From Octopus sinensis (lineage: Eukaryota), in contig NC_043018.1 of the NCBI RefSeq assembly GCF_006345805.1, positions 1,984,001-2,048,000 of the forward strand: 64,000 nucleotides of DNA, read 5' to 3'. The first letter of the stretch is position 1; each line of letters opens with the position of its first letter. A model generated the notes under the pieces. The model was not told the DNA's origin, did no database searches, and saw only the letters and a list, made by a program, of their open reading frames with translations. Shown here one piece after another: positions 26,671-39,315 of the stretch. A program made the position numbers and the translations under genes.

Positions 26671-26862
26671 CAGTTCTATACTTAAGAGATGAGGAATTAT
26701 CTACATTATTTACATTATTCACATTATTTACATTTGCCGGATATATGTTATCTTGTTTGTTAACCACTACGCCATATGCCCACGGGCATATGGCGTAGTG
26801 GTTAAGAGCGCGGGTTACTAACCCCAAGATACCGAGTTCGATTCCAGGCAGTGACCTGAATA
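26671..26862. mobile_element. Head-to-head tRNA-like SINE heads forming a perfect 22-bp-arm palindrome
   Basis: TTAACCACTACGCCATATGCCC-AC-GGGCATATGGCGTAGTGGTTAA; A box TGGCGTAGTGG, B box GAGTTCGATTCC. Confidence 0.8.
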
Positions 26863-26925
26863 ATAATTATTATTAGTAATTTTAGTGATATATAATCTTA
26901 TAGTTGTTCAACTGATATATATATA

Positions 26926-27250
26926 GGAGCACTCCGTCGGTTACGACGACGAGGGTTCCAGTTGATCCGATCAACGGAACAGCCTGCTGATGAAATTAAC
27001 TTGCAAGTGGCTGAGCACTCCACAGACTCGTGTACCCTTAACGTAGTTCACAGGGAGATTCAGCGTTACACAGAGTGCGACAAGGCTGGCCCTTTGAAAT
27101 GCAAATACAACTTAGTTTTGCCAGCTGAGTGGATTGGAGCAGCGTGAAACATAGTGTCTTGCCCAAGGACACAACGCGTTGCCGGGAATTGAACTCACGA
27201 CCGTACGATCGGGAGTGTATTGCCTTAACAATTACGCCACACGCCTTCAC
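26926..27250 (-). mobile_element. tRNA-derived SINE (CORE-like GTGTCCTTGGGCAAGACACT) sharing its 3' tail with 27296-27675
   Basis: B box GAGTTCAATTCC on the minus strand; tail is the reverse complement of about 27515-27672. Confidence 0.85.
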
Positions 27251-27295
27251 AAAATATATGTACACATCAACAATATTAACGGTCTTAGGAGACAG

Positions 27296-27675
27296 TGGAG
27301 GCGCAATGGCCCAGTGGTTAGGGCAGCGGACTCGCGGTCATAGGATCGCGGTTTCGATTCCCAGACCGGGCGTTGTGAGTGTTTATTGAGCGAAAACACC
27401 TAAAAAAGCTCCACGACGCTCCGGCAGGGGATGGTGGTGATCCCCGCTGTACTCTTTCACCACAACTTTCTCTCACTCTTACTTCCTGTTTCTGTTGTAC
27501 CTGTATTTTAAAAAGGGCCGGCCTTGTCACTCTCTGCGTCACGCTGAATATCCCCGTTAAGGGTACACGTGTCTGTGGAGTGCTCAGCCACTTACACGTT
27601 AATTTCACGAGCAGGCTGTTCCGTTGAATCGGATCAACCGGAACCCTCGTCGTCGTAACCGACGGAGTGCTTCCA
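27296..27675 (+). mobile_element. tRNA-derived SINE family C (octopus OR-like)
   Basis: TGGCCCAGTGGTTAG A box, GTTTCGATTCCC B box; family name recalled, not verified. Confidence 0.85.
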
Positions 27676-27821
27676 CTTAGAAGACAAAACAGCAAGTACA
27701 CACACGTATACGCACACACATATATAAACGCGCGGGAGCGCGCACACACGGACCAGATGTTTAAAAATTAAACAGAAGCTGATTATTTGAGAATTTGTTC
27801 CTTCTCTCGCATTTCCCGCCT

Positions 27822-28122
27822 GTGGAGGCACATGGTCTAGTGGTTAGAGCAGCGGACTCGCGGTCGAGGGATCGAGGGTTCGAATCTCAGACCGGACGAT
27901 GTGTTTGTTTATGAGCGAAGCACCTAAGCTCCACGCGGCTCCGGCAGAAGTGTAATGGCGAACCTCTGCTGACTCTTTCGCCACAACGTTCTCTCACTCT
28001 TTCCTACTGCATCTTGTAGCTCACCTGCGACGAACCGGCGTCCCGTCCAGGTAGGGAACCTATGCGCCAAGAAACCGGAAACCGGCCCTTATGAGCCAGG
28101 CATGGCTCGAGAAGGAACAAAC
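27822..28122 (+). mobile_element. SINE family C head with a different 3' module
   Basis: Same head as 27296; continues GCGACGAACCGGCGTCCCGTCCAGG (V-domain-like). Confidence 0.8.
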
Positions 28123-28327
28123 ATTTCTCGCCTCTCCTATCGAATTGTGAGACAATGTCACAGCTTCAGTTTTAATAAAAGAAAGAAAAAAAAGCATATA
28201 CGCATAAACAGGAATTGTGGATTCCTTTGTCAATCGCTCTAGATTAAGGAATGTACACACACACACACACACATACACACACACACACACACCACACACA
28301 CATATATATATATATATATAATATAGA

Positions 28328-28361
<34 letters not shown>

Positions 28362-28378
28362 TATATATATTATATAGA

Positions 28379-28413
<35 letters not shown>

Positions 28414-28421
28414 TCTTCTAA

Positions 28422-28528
28422 TCACCTGAGGAGACACATCAATGCCGACGGTTACACCTACGGCAGATGTTCAGTATCCAACCCGTGAGGAATCGATACT
28501 AGATGAGTCGAAACACTTGTAGTAGTGA
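28422..28528 (+). ncRNA. Type-I hammerhead with branched stem II
   Basis: TCAC-CTGAGGA-GACaCATC..two hairpins..GATGaGTC-GAAA-CACTTG-TA(GTA)-GTGA, then AATAAA. Confidence 0.7.
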
Positions 28529-28594
28529 AATAAACATAAATAAACATCGTATTTCGATCTTCCGTCTCTCTCATTAACCGAATAATATATATAT

Positions 28595-28638
<44 letters not shown>

Positions 28639-28641
<3 letters not shown>

Positions 28642-29186
28642 TAAATAAATGGCACAACGAAGTACCAATATTTACTGGAAAATAGCGAACGTAATAAATA
28701 CGACGCTAATGTATAGCTTCACTGCGTATGTACTAGTAAAGATGCGTGTGTGCAGCAAACATGAAAAACATTGTCTTACCTCTAGGAAGAACATCTGAAA
28801 AATGAAATACCTAGAAATGGATAATGTGGTACCGGTTTCAGATTCTTCAAAATACGTCTGCCAACATATATTTGATTTATCTTCATCAGCCACATATACC
28901 TTCGACAATATTTCAAATGTTGCCACATCTATGCCAGTACACTCGACTGAACGCCAAAACGTTGACAGAACGAGAACAGTGAAGAAGTTTCAATAAAAAT
29001 AGTAATGCAATACGAGAGTATTGCTTTCCAGTAAAGGATAGCCCATGAGGGTAAAATTATACATAAAAGTAAATAAAATAGTAATGCAATACTTCGTTGT
29101 GCCATTTATTTACTTTTATGTATAATTTTACCCTCACGGGCTATCCTTTACTGGAAAGCAATACTCTCGTATTGCATTACTATTTT
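28639..29186 (-). mobile_element. 428-bp hammerhead monomer plus inverted junction-spanning segment (Penelope pLTR or retrozyme-like)
   Basis: AAGTAAATAAA at 28639 and 29067; 29090-29186 is an inverted copy reading across the monomer junction. Confidence 0.75.
28824..28895 (-). ncRNA. Type-I hammerhead, canonical core
   Basis: ATGTGG-CTGATGA-AGAT...ATCT-GAAA-CCGG-TA-CCACAT. Confidence 0.88.
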
Positions 29187-29216
29187 CATTATATATATTA
29201 CAGTTACTGCTACTGC

Positions 29217-29395
29217 TACGACCAAGCTATCATATGTTGCTACACATTGCTGGTCACAAAGTGCTTCGCATTGGTTTAGCCTTCAAATGACGCCACCCCG
29301 CTGGCTAAGCGAGTAGGCCAACAGAAAAAAGAGTGAGAGAAAGTTGTGGCGAAGGAGTACAGCAGGGTTCGCCACCAACCCATGCCGGAGCCTAG
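29217..29395 (-). mobile_element. SINE family C variant, 3' part
   Basis: Shares the CACAACTTTCTCTCACTCT block; tail also at 34612-34725 (+). Confidence 0.75.
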
Positions 29396-29894
29396 ACACA
29401 CACACATACAAACACAAACATGCACACACGTCTACAACCACATGCATGAAGGTTGTACGATTTCTTGCTAAACGACCTTCACACCTAGCTTGGTTCTAAA
29501 GGTCAAATGTTTCGGCCCTTTTTCACCTCACTCCCTCTATCAAAGCGACACTTGTCGGGTTCGAAATGATTGCAGAGCTACGTGAAATGGGGCCTTTTGC
29601 TCCAGAACAAACGCAACGCCTAGTTCGAAATTCGAAACCAGAATTTTGCGATCGTGAATGGAAGCCCGTAGCCACGAGACATCACGGCCATAAAACGCGC
29701 GCGCTGAGATGCAGATCCATGTTGCTTCTCTCTGCAAAATTTCGCGTAAGACATCAACCAATTGCAGGCTTTAGTTGAAGTCTCTTACCCTTGGTGCTAC
29801 GGTGTGAGATCGAGCCACGGACCAAATCGCTACGGCGCGAAGTAAACGTTTCAACTATACGCGTATTCATGCATTAAAATTTTTTGTCAGAGCG

Positions 29895-30515
29895 AGGCGG
29901 CGAGCTGGCAGAAACGTTAGCACGCCGGGTGAAATCCGTAGCCGTATTTCGTCTGCCGTTACGTTCAGAGTTCAAATTCCACCGGGGTCGACTTTGCCTT
30001 TCATCCTTTCGGGGTCGATAAAATAAGTACCAGTTACGCACTGGGGTCGATGTAATCGACTAAACCTCTTCCCACCAAAATTTCCAAGGCCTTGTGCCTA
30101 GAGTAAAATTGATATTATCTATCTACGAAAGGCGGCGAGCTGGCAGAAACGTTAGCACGCCGGGCGAAATACTTAGCGGTATTTCGTCTGCCGCTACGTT
30201 CTGAGTTCAAATTCCGCCGAGGCCAACTTTGCCTTTCATCATTTCGAGATCGATTAAATAAGTACCAATTACGCACTGGGTCGATATAATTCACTTAATT
30301 CGTTTGTCTGTCCTTGTTTTTCCCCTCTGTGTGTAACACCTTGTGGACAGTAAGAAATAGGTATTTCGTCCGACCTTACGTTCTGAGTTCAAATGCTGCC
30401 GGTGTCGTCTTTCTCTTTCATCCATTCGGGGTAGCAGTTGGACACTGGGGCCGATGTAACAGACTTAACCCCTCCCCTAACATTACTGGGCATGTGCCAA
30501 AATTTGAATCCAATT
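29895..30515 (+). mobile_element. Three tandem SINE family A copies
   Basis: Heads at 29896 and 30131; truncated third copy from about 30360. Confidence 0.9.
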
Positions 30516-30785
30516 TACCTTCGCCGACTTCTAACCATATCATGAAAAACTAGTTCCATGAAAAACGAAATTCTTAAATACTGTTTCATGGTATTTCTCT
30601 ATAACATTCCCGACATCTTAGTGTTCTCGAAATAACCATTTCTAGAATTATATTATTCGCGACGCTAGTAGTGGCATCTCGTCCTTGGCATTGGTGTGCC
30701 TCACCTCCTGGTGCACGAAAATGAACTAACTACAAACTTATACGTACAATAATAATATATATATATATCTATATCTATATATATT

Positions 30786-30818
<33 letters not shown>

Positions 30819-32241
30819 TATATATATATTATATATATATATATATAATATATTATTATACACGCACACACACACCTACACATATAAATATACATACATA
30901 TATATATATATATTATTTACATGTATATATACACATACATACATATATATACACACGTTAGGCGTAGGTGTGTTCAATGTTTTCATTGCGTATATCAATC
31001 TCTTACGTAATATATACAACGCGCGTGTTCACCTCCCAGCAGAAAGCATAAAAAAGCATACAAACATGCCGAATCCATACCGTATATGTATTGACATATA
31101 TGTATATATTATATATGTATATATCTATATATATATAATATAATATATATATATATATATGCATGTATGTTATGTATGTATGTATGTATGTATGTATGTA
31201 TGTATGCATCTATGAATGTATGTATTTATGCACGAGTGTGCATATGTGAGTTAGAGAGAACAATGGTGTGTGCGTATGTGTTGTGTGTGTGTGTGTTGTG
31301 TGTGCGTGTGTGAAACGTTAATCTTTGCTTTAATAATTAGATGGATTCAAGCTATTTAAACATGTTATGTTCTTGACAAGAGATAATTAAAAATCAACGT
31401 GAGATAATATTTTCATTTGCTGCATTATTTAAACTACAGTTTTATAGTTTTTTTTTATAGTTTTTTTTGTTTTATCAACAAATCATCTCAGCTCTTCTTC
31501 TTCTTCTTTTTTTTTTCTTTTTTTATATATATCTTATATTTCAATTTTTTTCATAGAATATATATTTTTGTTGTTTCATCCTCTTCTCTTAATTGTCATC
31601 CTGCAATCTTTTTCCTTACATTTCTTTTCCTCCACACACACACACACATTCTCATCTTCTTCATCTCTCTTCCCTTCTCTCTCTCTCTCTCTCTCTCTAT
31701 TGCTTTCTTTCTCTCTCCGTATCTCTCACTTTTCCTCAAGCGTTCTCTCTCCATATTTATATATCTCTCTATCTCACCTGCAATCACCATTTCATACCTT
31801 TTCTCCCATTCTCTCTCTCTCACTCTCTCTCTATTTCCTCTCTTTCCTTCTCTTTCTCCATTTTTACCAGTTTGTGTTCTTTAATCCTTTCTTATTGTCA
31901 AACACACACATACACACACACACACAAGTATATACATTTGTAGATATATATATATATATACATTTATATATACATATGTATATATCTGCATACATATATA
32001 CGTAGGTATATATACACACACACAGAACTGCTCATATATTTGCATGTATATTATTATTATATATATATATATATATATACATATATATACTCTACATATA
32101 TATATACATAACATATATATACTATATATATATATTATATATATATTATATATATATATACATACATATATATATATATATATATATGCTCTTCCATTAC
32201 TATGATTTTATAATGCCTTTCTCTCTCCCACACTTCATAAC

Positions 32242-32279
<38 letters not shown>

Positions 32280-32295
32280 AATCAGTCTATCTCTC

Positions 32296-32351
<56 letters not shown>

Positions 32352-32967
32352 CACTCTCTTTCTCCTCTTCTCTCTCTCTCATATATATATATATAGTGCT
32401 ATAAATCTATGTGTGTGTGTGTGGTGTTGTGTGGTGTTTTCTTTCTTCTTTTCTTTCGCTGTTCCGTTCTCAACTTTTTTGCAGCACCAACACAATCATC
32501 CAATATTCTTCAACCTGAGGCAGCTAACATCAACATCCTTCGCTCATTTTTGTTGTTGTTTGATTCTTGATGATCAGCATCACCATCATCATCATCAGCA
32601 TTGTTATCCTTCCTTTTTTTTTCAATTTTTATTCTCGCCGTCCTCCGCTCATCATCATCAAAGGTCAGCGTCCGTTGCTTTCGTTTCTCTGCCTTCTTCT
32701 CTTCGTCCTCGTCGGCCGTCGTCCGTCGTCATCCTCTAGGAAAGACAACCTCCCCTGCTTCCTCCTCCTCCTCATCACTACTATCAATCCCATCGCGGTG
32801 GTCGTGGTCGTGGCTGTGAACATCATCATCATCATCATCATCACCATCATCATCGTCCTCATCATCACCACCATCATCATCATCATCGTCGTCGTCATCA
32901 TCGTCATCATCACCATCATCATCATCACCGTCATCATCGTCACCATCGTCATCATCATCATCTTCAT

Positions 32968-33004
<37 letters not shown>

Positions 33005-33567
33005 GCCGTCATCGTCATCATCATCATCATCATCAGTGCTGTCATCTCCCTTGTTATTTTAATTATGGTTCAATTTATAGAAATCATCAAATGATTACCT
33101 TCGTAAACATTATTATTGACATAACAACAATCTCACTTATGTAATTATTTTCATCACCACCGCCACCACCACCACCACCACCGCCACCACCACCACCAAC
33201 CACACAACCATCATCATCATCATCATCATCCAAATCGTCACGCCGCCTTCATCCTGATTTACCGCAATCTCTGCGTTATTATGAACACGTAGGTTTTCAC
33301 GATATTCATCATCAGCATCATTATCATCATACGCTCAATTCTTTCTCTATTCTCCTCCCTCTATTCTCTCACCCACTCATTCTCTCTCTCTCTCTCCCTC
33401 CTTCTCTCTGTATTTCTCTCTGCCCCATACTTTTTAATATTCATCTTTTTGCGCTACTCTCTCTAAGAACTACTTCTTTTTTATCATGCCACAATACATA
33501 CTTACATACATACATATATACATACATACATATATAACATACATACATATATATATACATACATACA

Positions 33568-33602
<35 letters not shown>

Positions 33603-33606
33603 TTAC

Positions 33607-33660
<54 letters not shown>

Positions 33661-33804
33661 CATATAATGTATATATATTGTGTGTGTATTATATACATAT
33701 ATATATATACATGCATACATTCATATATATATAATATATATATAATGTATATATATATAAATATGTATATATATATATACATATATATTATATATGTATA
33801 TATG

Positions 33805-33852
<48 letters not shown>

Positions 33853-33855
33853 ATA

Positions 33856-33894
<39 letters not shown>

Positions 33895-33899
<5 letters not shown>

Positions 33900-34048
33900 A
33901 TTATGTTACATTACTCGGTAGTCAAGATAAAACTCTGAGTTTCAGATGCCGAAGTAATGTAACATATTATTGTATAGATAAATTTCCTCTATTTACATAA
34001 TAAGTGAGGTCTCTTTCTTCTTTCTTTTTTGTTATCTTAGCGTTCTAT

Positions 34049-34050
<2 letters not shown>
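33895..34050. mobile_element. Fold-back (TA)n-associated element, related to 52161-52370
   Basis: Shared CAAGATAAAACTCTGAGTTTC and TTTCCTCTATTTACATAATA blocks. Confidence 0.7.
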
Positions 34051-34102
<52 letters not shown>

Positions 34103-34241
34103 CGTGTATGTAACGTTTATGAATTTACTTTGTTCAAGACTCCTGATGTGAAATCGTGTGTTGAAACCGATTGGTTTATATTTCAGCATGGTCATGTTTT
34201 CTTTTTATTTCTTGCCAAATTAACACACCCACACATGCACC

Positions 34242-34304
<63 letters not shown>

Positions 34305-34569
34305 GAACACACACACACACTACATGTTCGTTCTTTACTCGTTTATTTCGTCTTTTGAGAATGGACTAAACAAAACAGGCGGTGAAAGTGGGATTTGCTG
34401 AAGAGGTCACAGGTGGGTGACGAAGGATTTCCAGACAATGCACGTAAAATGAGAACAATAATCGATGTGTAACGAGCGAACATGCATTGCGAGTGTATAT
34501 ACATATATACATACATACATACATACACATACATACATACTACATATATATATATATATAATATATATA

Positions 34570-34605
<36 letters not shown>

Positions 34606-34611
34606 GTATAT

Positions 34612-34725
34612 ATTGGCCTGCTCGCTTAGCCAGCGGGGTGGCCTCATTTGAAGGCTAAAACAATGCAAAGCGCATTGTGACCAGCGATGTGTAGCAACAT
34701 CTGATAGCCCTGGTCGGTCACGTGG
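34612..34725 (+). mobile_element. SINE family C variant 3' tail
   Basis: Reverse complement of 29217-29322. Confidence 0.75.
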
Positions 34726-34753
34726 TGGTGGGATATATATATAAATATATATG

Positions 34754-34832
<79 letters not shown>

Positions 34833-34839
34833 TTATATA

Positions 34840-35700
34840 CACATTAGCGGCCATAATATAAGTAAGAACATATGTCTAATATCTATCTTTCGTGAAAATT
34901 TCAATGGAATGGAGTAAATATTTCGTAAGTTACGAGGAAATAAACCAAAAATCTTCCAAACTGCAGCGGCCAAAATATGGAACAAGAGCGAAAAGAAACC
35001 TTAGTATTAATGTTTTTTTTTAACATCCCGTAACTATCAATGACCTCCTGACATTTGTTACGACAGGACTGAATAAATTTCTTGCAAAATGATGGAGTAA
35101 TATTGTTCCATTCGGTTTTCTATCATTCTCAGAGTTCACCTTGGTTCTTTGAATTTTTCCTTCGCGCCCCATCTCCGATAATCTTCCAAACACATTCTAT
35201 AGGGCCAAGATAGGGATTTTGAGGTGGCCAGTCCGAGAGATCAACCCGTACATCACTCAAAAATTCCTGACTCTCTTCGCAGTGTGACAGGGAGCGTTGT
35301 CCTGCACGAAGATAGGAGGTTGAATTGACGAGGATTGGAGATGTAGAAGGGCATGTTGTCTAAGAACCTGCTTGTAGATGTCAGCATTAACAGTCCCTTG
35401 TAGGCGATTAAGTGGACCAAGAGATTATTATTAGAGATCACTCGTCATACCATTACACTGTCTCTTCCATATCTCACTGTCTTCTTCAGACATGCACTGG
35501 ATAACCTTTAGCCAATTCTTCGTCGGACGTACATACTGCCATCGGAACCAATTCCATTAAACTTCGATTCATCGCTAAAATGAACCTGCGAGCACTGTTC
35601 TTCTCTCCAAACGACATGTTTGTGAGCGAAAGGAAGACGAGATCTTTGATTCTTCTTGGCGATCAGAGGTTTCTTTGCCGCTGCCCGAGAAAGCTACCCA
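34840..35700 (-). mobile_element. Tc1-family (DD34E) transposon remnant with IR/DR-type end
   Basis: KKPLI..R..FA; FSDESKFN; QDNAPCHTAK; WPPQNPYLGPIECVW; AGCGGCCA(T/A)AATAT repeated at about 34846 and 34965. Confidence 0.9.
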
Positions 35701-35761
35701 GAACTGTTTTGCACGATACGTTTGCTAACGTTTCTGCCTCCTCGCCGTCTTCTTAATAATA

Positions 35762-35811
<50 letters not shown>

Positions 35812-35813
<2 letters not shown>

Positions 35814-36190
35814 GATTTCTTTCATTGACCACAAGGGCCCAAAACATGGAAGACACTATCTAAGGATGAGTTACAGCACGAAAAAATAAATAAGAAATTA
35901 CAAAAACTATAAAAACATGTGAGGTTAATATCATTTAAGGGACGATTCTACCACATTAAAGGATAGAGGAGAGGATATATAATTGAAAATAGGGAAAGAA
36001 ATAATAAATAAATTGATAGAAGCAGTCCACTTAGGGTAATATAGGGTAAACCCCACACAAAAATCAGGGATTACTCTGCCATCTCCAAGGCATGGCAAAG
36101 TGTCCGCTTCCAGATCCTTTCCTCTTGTTTAGAAAAGCATATTCAGAGTCGATCCATTCCGTCTCCCCAGTCTTGCCACTGTCGACCACA
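35812..36190 (-). mobile_element. Tx1/L1-clade LINE extreme 3' end abutting (TAA)n
   Basis: WSTVARLGRRNGSTLNMLF* aligns with the C-terminus WVNVAKMVRASDETTLSMIL* at about 56100. Confidence 0.65.
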
Positions 36191-36268
36191 CTAGAACACA
36201 CTAGAGGGCAGCACCTCACTCTCCACCCTCACCTTCCTCTTCAAATGATGATGATGATGATAATAATA

Positions 36269-36299
<31 letters not shown>

Positions 36300-36310
36300 T
36301 AACGATAACG

Positions 36311-36394
<84 letters not shown>

Positions 36395-36399
36395 TAATA

Positions 36400-36617
36400 A
36401 CGGTTTCAAATTTTGGCATAAGGCCTGCAACTTCAGGGATAGGTGAAAGTCAATTACATCGACCCCAGTACTCGATTGGTACTCATTTTATCGAGCCGGA
36501 AAGTATGGAATGCGAAGTCGACCCCAGCGGAATTTGAACACAGAACGTGAGGGCCGACAGAATATATTGCAAAGCAATATGCCCGGCGTGCTAATGATTC
36601 GGCTGGCTCACTTACCT
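36400..36617 (-). mobile_element. SINE family A, diverged
   Basis: Reverse complement of the family A body. Confidence 0.8.
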
Positions 36618-36637
36618 TTCACTGCGATCACGGCTAA

Positions 36638-37102
36638 CACCACTCTACCACCACCACCACCACCACCACCGCCGCCATCACCAACACCACCACTACTACC
36701 ACCACCACCACCACCGCCACCGCCGCAAAAACCACCGCCGCCGCAGCTGCAACAACCACCACTACTACCACCACCAGCACCACCGCCATCATCACCACGA
36801 CGACGACCACCACGACGACGACCACCACGACGACGACCACCACGACGACGACCACCACGACGACGACCACCACGACGACGACCACCACGACGACGACCAC
36901 GACGACGACGACCACTACCACCACGACCACCAATACCACCACCACCACCACCACCGCCACCGCCGCCGCCGCCGCCGCCGCCAATACCACCACCACCACC
37001 GCCGCCGCCGCCACTACCACGACCACCACGACCGCCACCAACGCCGCCGCCGCCGCCACCACCACCGCCACCGCTACCGCCACCGCCACCGCCGCGACCA
37101 CC
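36638..37102. repeat. (CCA/CCG/CGA)n compound trinucleotide repeat
   Basis: Includes a (CCACCACGACGACGA)n higher-order unit. Confidence 0.95.
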
Positions 37103-37706
37103 AATTATAGAACTAGTGTATTCACAATGGTATTTCAATAATGGTAAAATAATTGTTATAAATGCATTGTCCTTGTTGTTGTTATTGTTGTTGTTGCATC
37201 TGTCAATGTCGAGGATTATGAGTTTGACAGTTTCGATGGTGATTGATGTTGATAATGATAGTAATGACGACGACGACGACGACGACGACGACGAAGACGA
37301 TGATGACGACGACGACGATGATGATGATGACGATGATGATGATGACGATGATGGTGATGATGATGAGGATGGTGTCGGTGGCGGCGGAGTTGTTGATTCC
37401 TGTTATGATGGAAAGGAAATGATGAAAAAAAATATGAAATTTTTTTTTTATCATCGTAATGAATACTGTCGATAAATCTATCACCATCATCATCATCGTC
37501 ATCATCCTCATCATCTTCCCCCTCTTTCTCCCCTTCTCCTCCTCCTCCTCTTCTTCTTCATCATCATCATCATTATCTTCACCATTATATATCTTTGCTC
37601 CATGTCAGTTCTGTTCCAGTTTGTTTAGGAGCAAATTGATTAGAATGATTCTGTTGTTCTTCATTTAGTGCTGGCGGCGGTGGTGATGGAAGTGGTAGTA
37701 ATAGCA

Positions 37707-37751
<45 letters not shown>

Positions 37752-37843
37752 ATGAGAGTAACGTCAGGTGTAATGTTGATTGCAGCGTTAACAGTCGTAA
37801 TAATTGCAAATATTCGTAATAGCAGCTGCAGCAACGGCAACAA

Positions 37844-37920
<77 letters not shown>

Positions 37921-37956
37921 ATGCTGTTACCACTGCTGCTGCTGCTACTACTACTG

Positions 37957-37997
<41 letters not shown>

Positions 37998-39132
37998 GCT
38001 ACTAGTTATTTTAGAGCCGGTCTAGAGTTGAATAAAGGAATGTGCTGTGAGAATTCCGGGAGTTGGGTGGGAATCGAACATCACTGATTGCAAAATGGCT
38101 GCATTAATAATGACAACTTTCGGACAGAGTACTAACTATTATGGTTATCGTCAAGAAAGTCTTAGCCTGACTGTATCTATAAGATAGGCGCACCCATCTC
38201 GAGAAAACCTCTACAGACACAGAAGTGCCGTCAGGTAGGAGCGTACCAAATGCGACTCAACAAATCTTGCACTTATTCCTGCAGTCTCCGGGCCTTTCTA
38301 ATTAAGGGAATTAAGTTAATCAGCTTTTGTCCTGTGTATCACGGATCATGTTATCGGACGAATATACCGAGAAGATCGACGCACCAGCCCGACCTCCTTT
38401 TAAAGGACTGGGCCTGTAGTTTTTTTCTTGCATCTGGTTGCTATGTCGAAATATGTCGTGTGCAGGACAAGAACAAAATTATTGAGTAAGGACGAACCCA
38501 GACACCTTCATCTTTGACAATAAGTAGTTCCATCTCGAAAGGAATATCGGAGGAGACAGGAAGGTGTTTGTCTACCTGTAAACGATTCCTGTCCCAAGAA
38601 TTCTGTTTGAATATTGCTAACTGCGAAAAGGTTAGAGTGGGAAATGACCGACCCTAAACATGTGCCTGTAAACAATTAAGGGTCGGCATTTGCAGTTGGG
38701 TTTTCAAGGTGGCCTTGGATGGGTGAATTTCCTCATTCATTAGTCCTAATTAGAGCGTATGAAGTACCAGGATGTTATTATCGCCCATACATTCAGCTAT
38801 TTTGTATAGTCTCCACAATTTTTCTCGAGGAAACTGTAAACCTGTCTTTTCTTCATCGGACGCACCAAATTCATCATCGTCAGACATCATTATCATCGTT
38901 ATCATCATCATTATCATCATCGTCGTCAACATCGTCGTCGTCGTCCTCTACCCTTTCATCCCTCTCCTCCACTTACTCAACCTACTCCCATCTTTTTCCC
39001 TTCCTTTTCCCTTCCTTCTCCTTCTCATTTAATATCACATTTTCTTCTTCATATTCTTTTTTTTTTCTTCTTCTTCGTCTTCTTCTTCTTCTTCTTCTTT
39101 TTCTTCTTCTTCTTTTTCTTCTTCTTCTTCTT

Positions 39133-39164
<32 letters not shown>

Positions 39165-39279
39165 CTTATTTTTCTTATTATTATTATCATCATTATTGTT
39201 ACCAGTTGTCAACTGGAATCGATGCAATCGACTAGTCCCCTCCCCTCAAATTTCAGGCCTTGTGACGACAGTACAAAGG

Positions 39280-39315
<36 letters not shown>

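Noticed and set aside
26784-27900. Functional tRNA genes
   Set aside because: The A/B boxes belong to SINE heads that run into SINE bodies; no complete cloverleaf.
36510-37475. 321-aa proline-rich ORF
   Set aside because: Starts inside an antisense SINE and is built from trinucleotide repeats that lack stops by composition.
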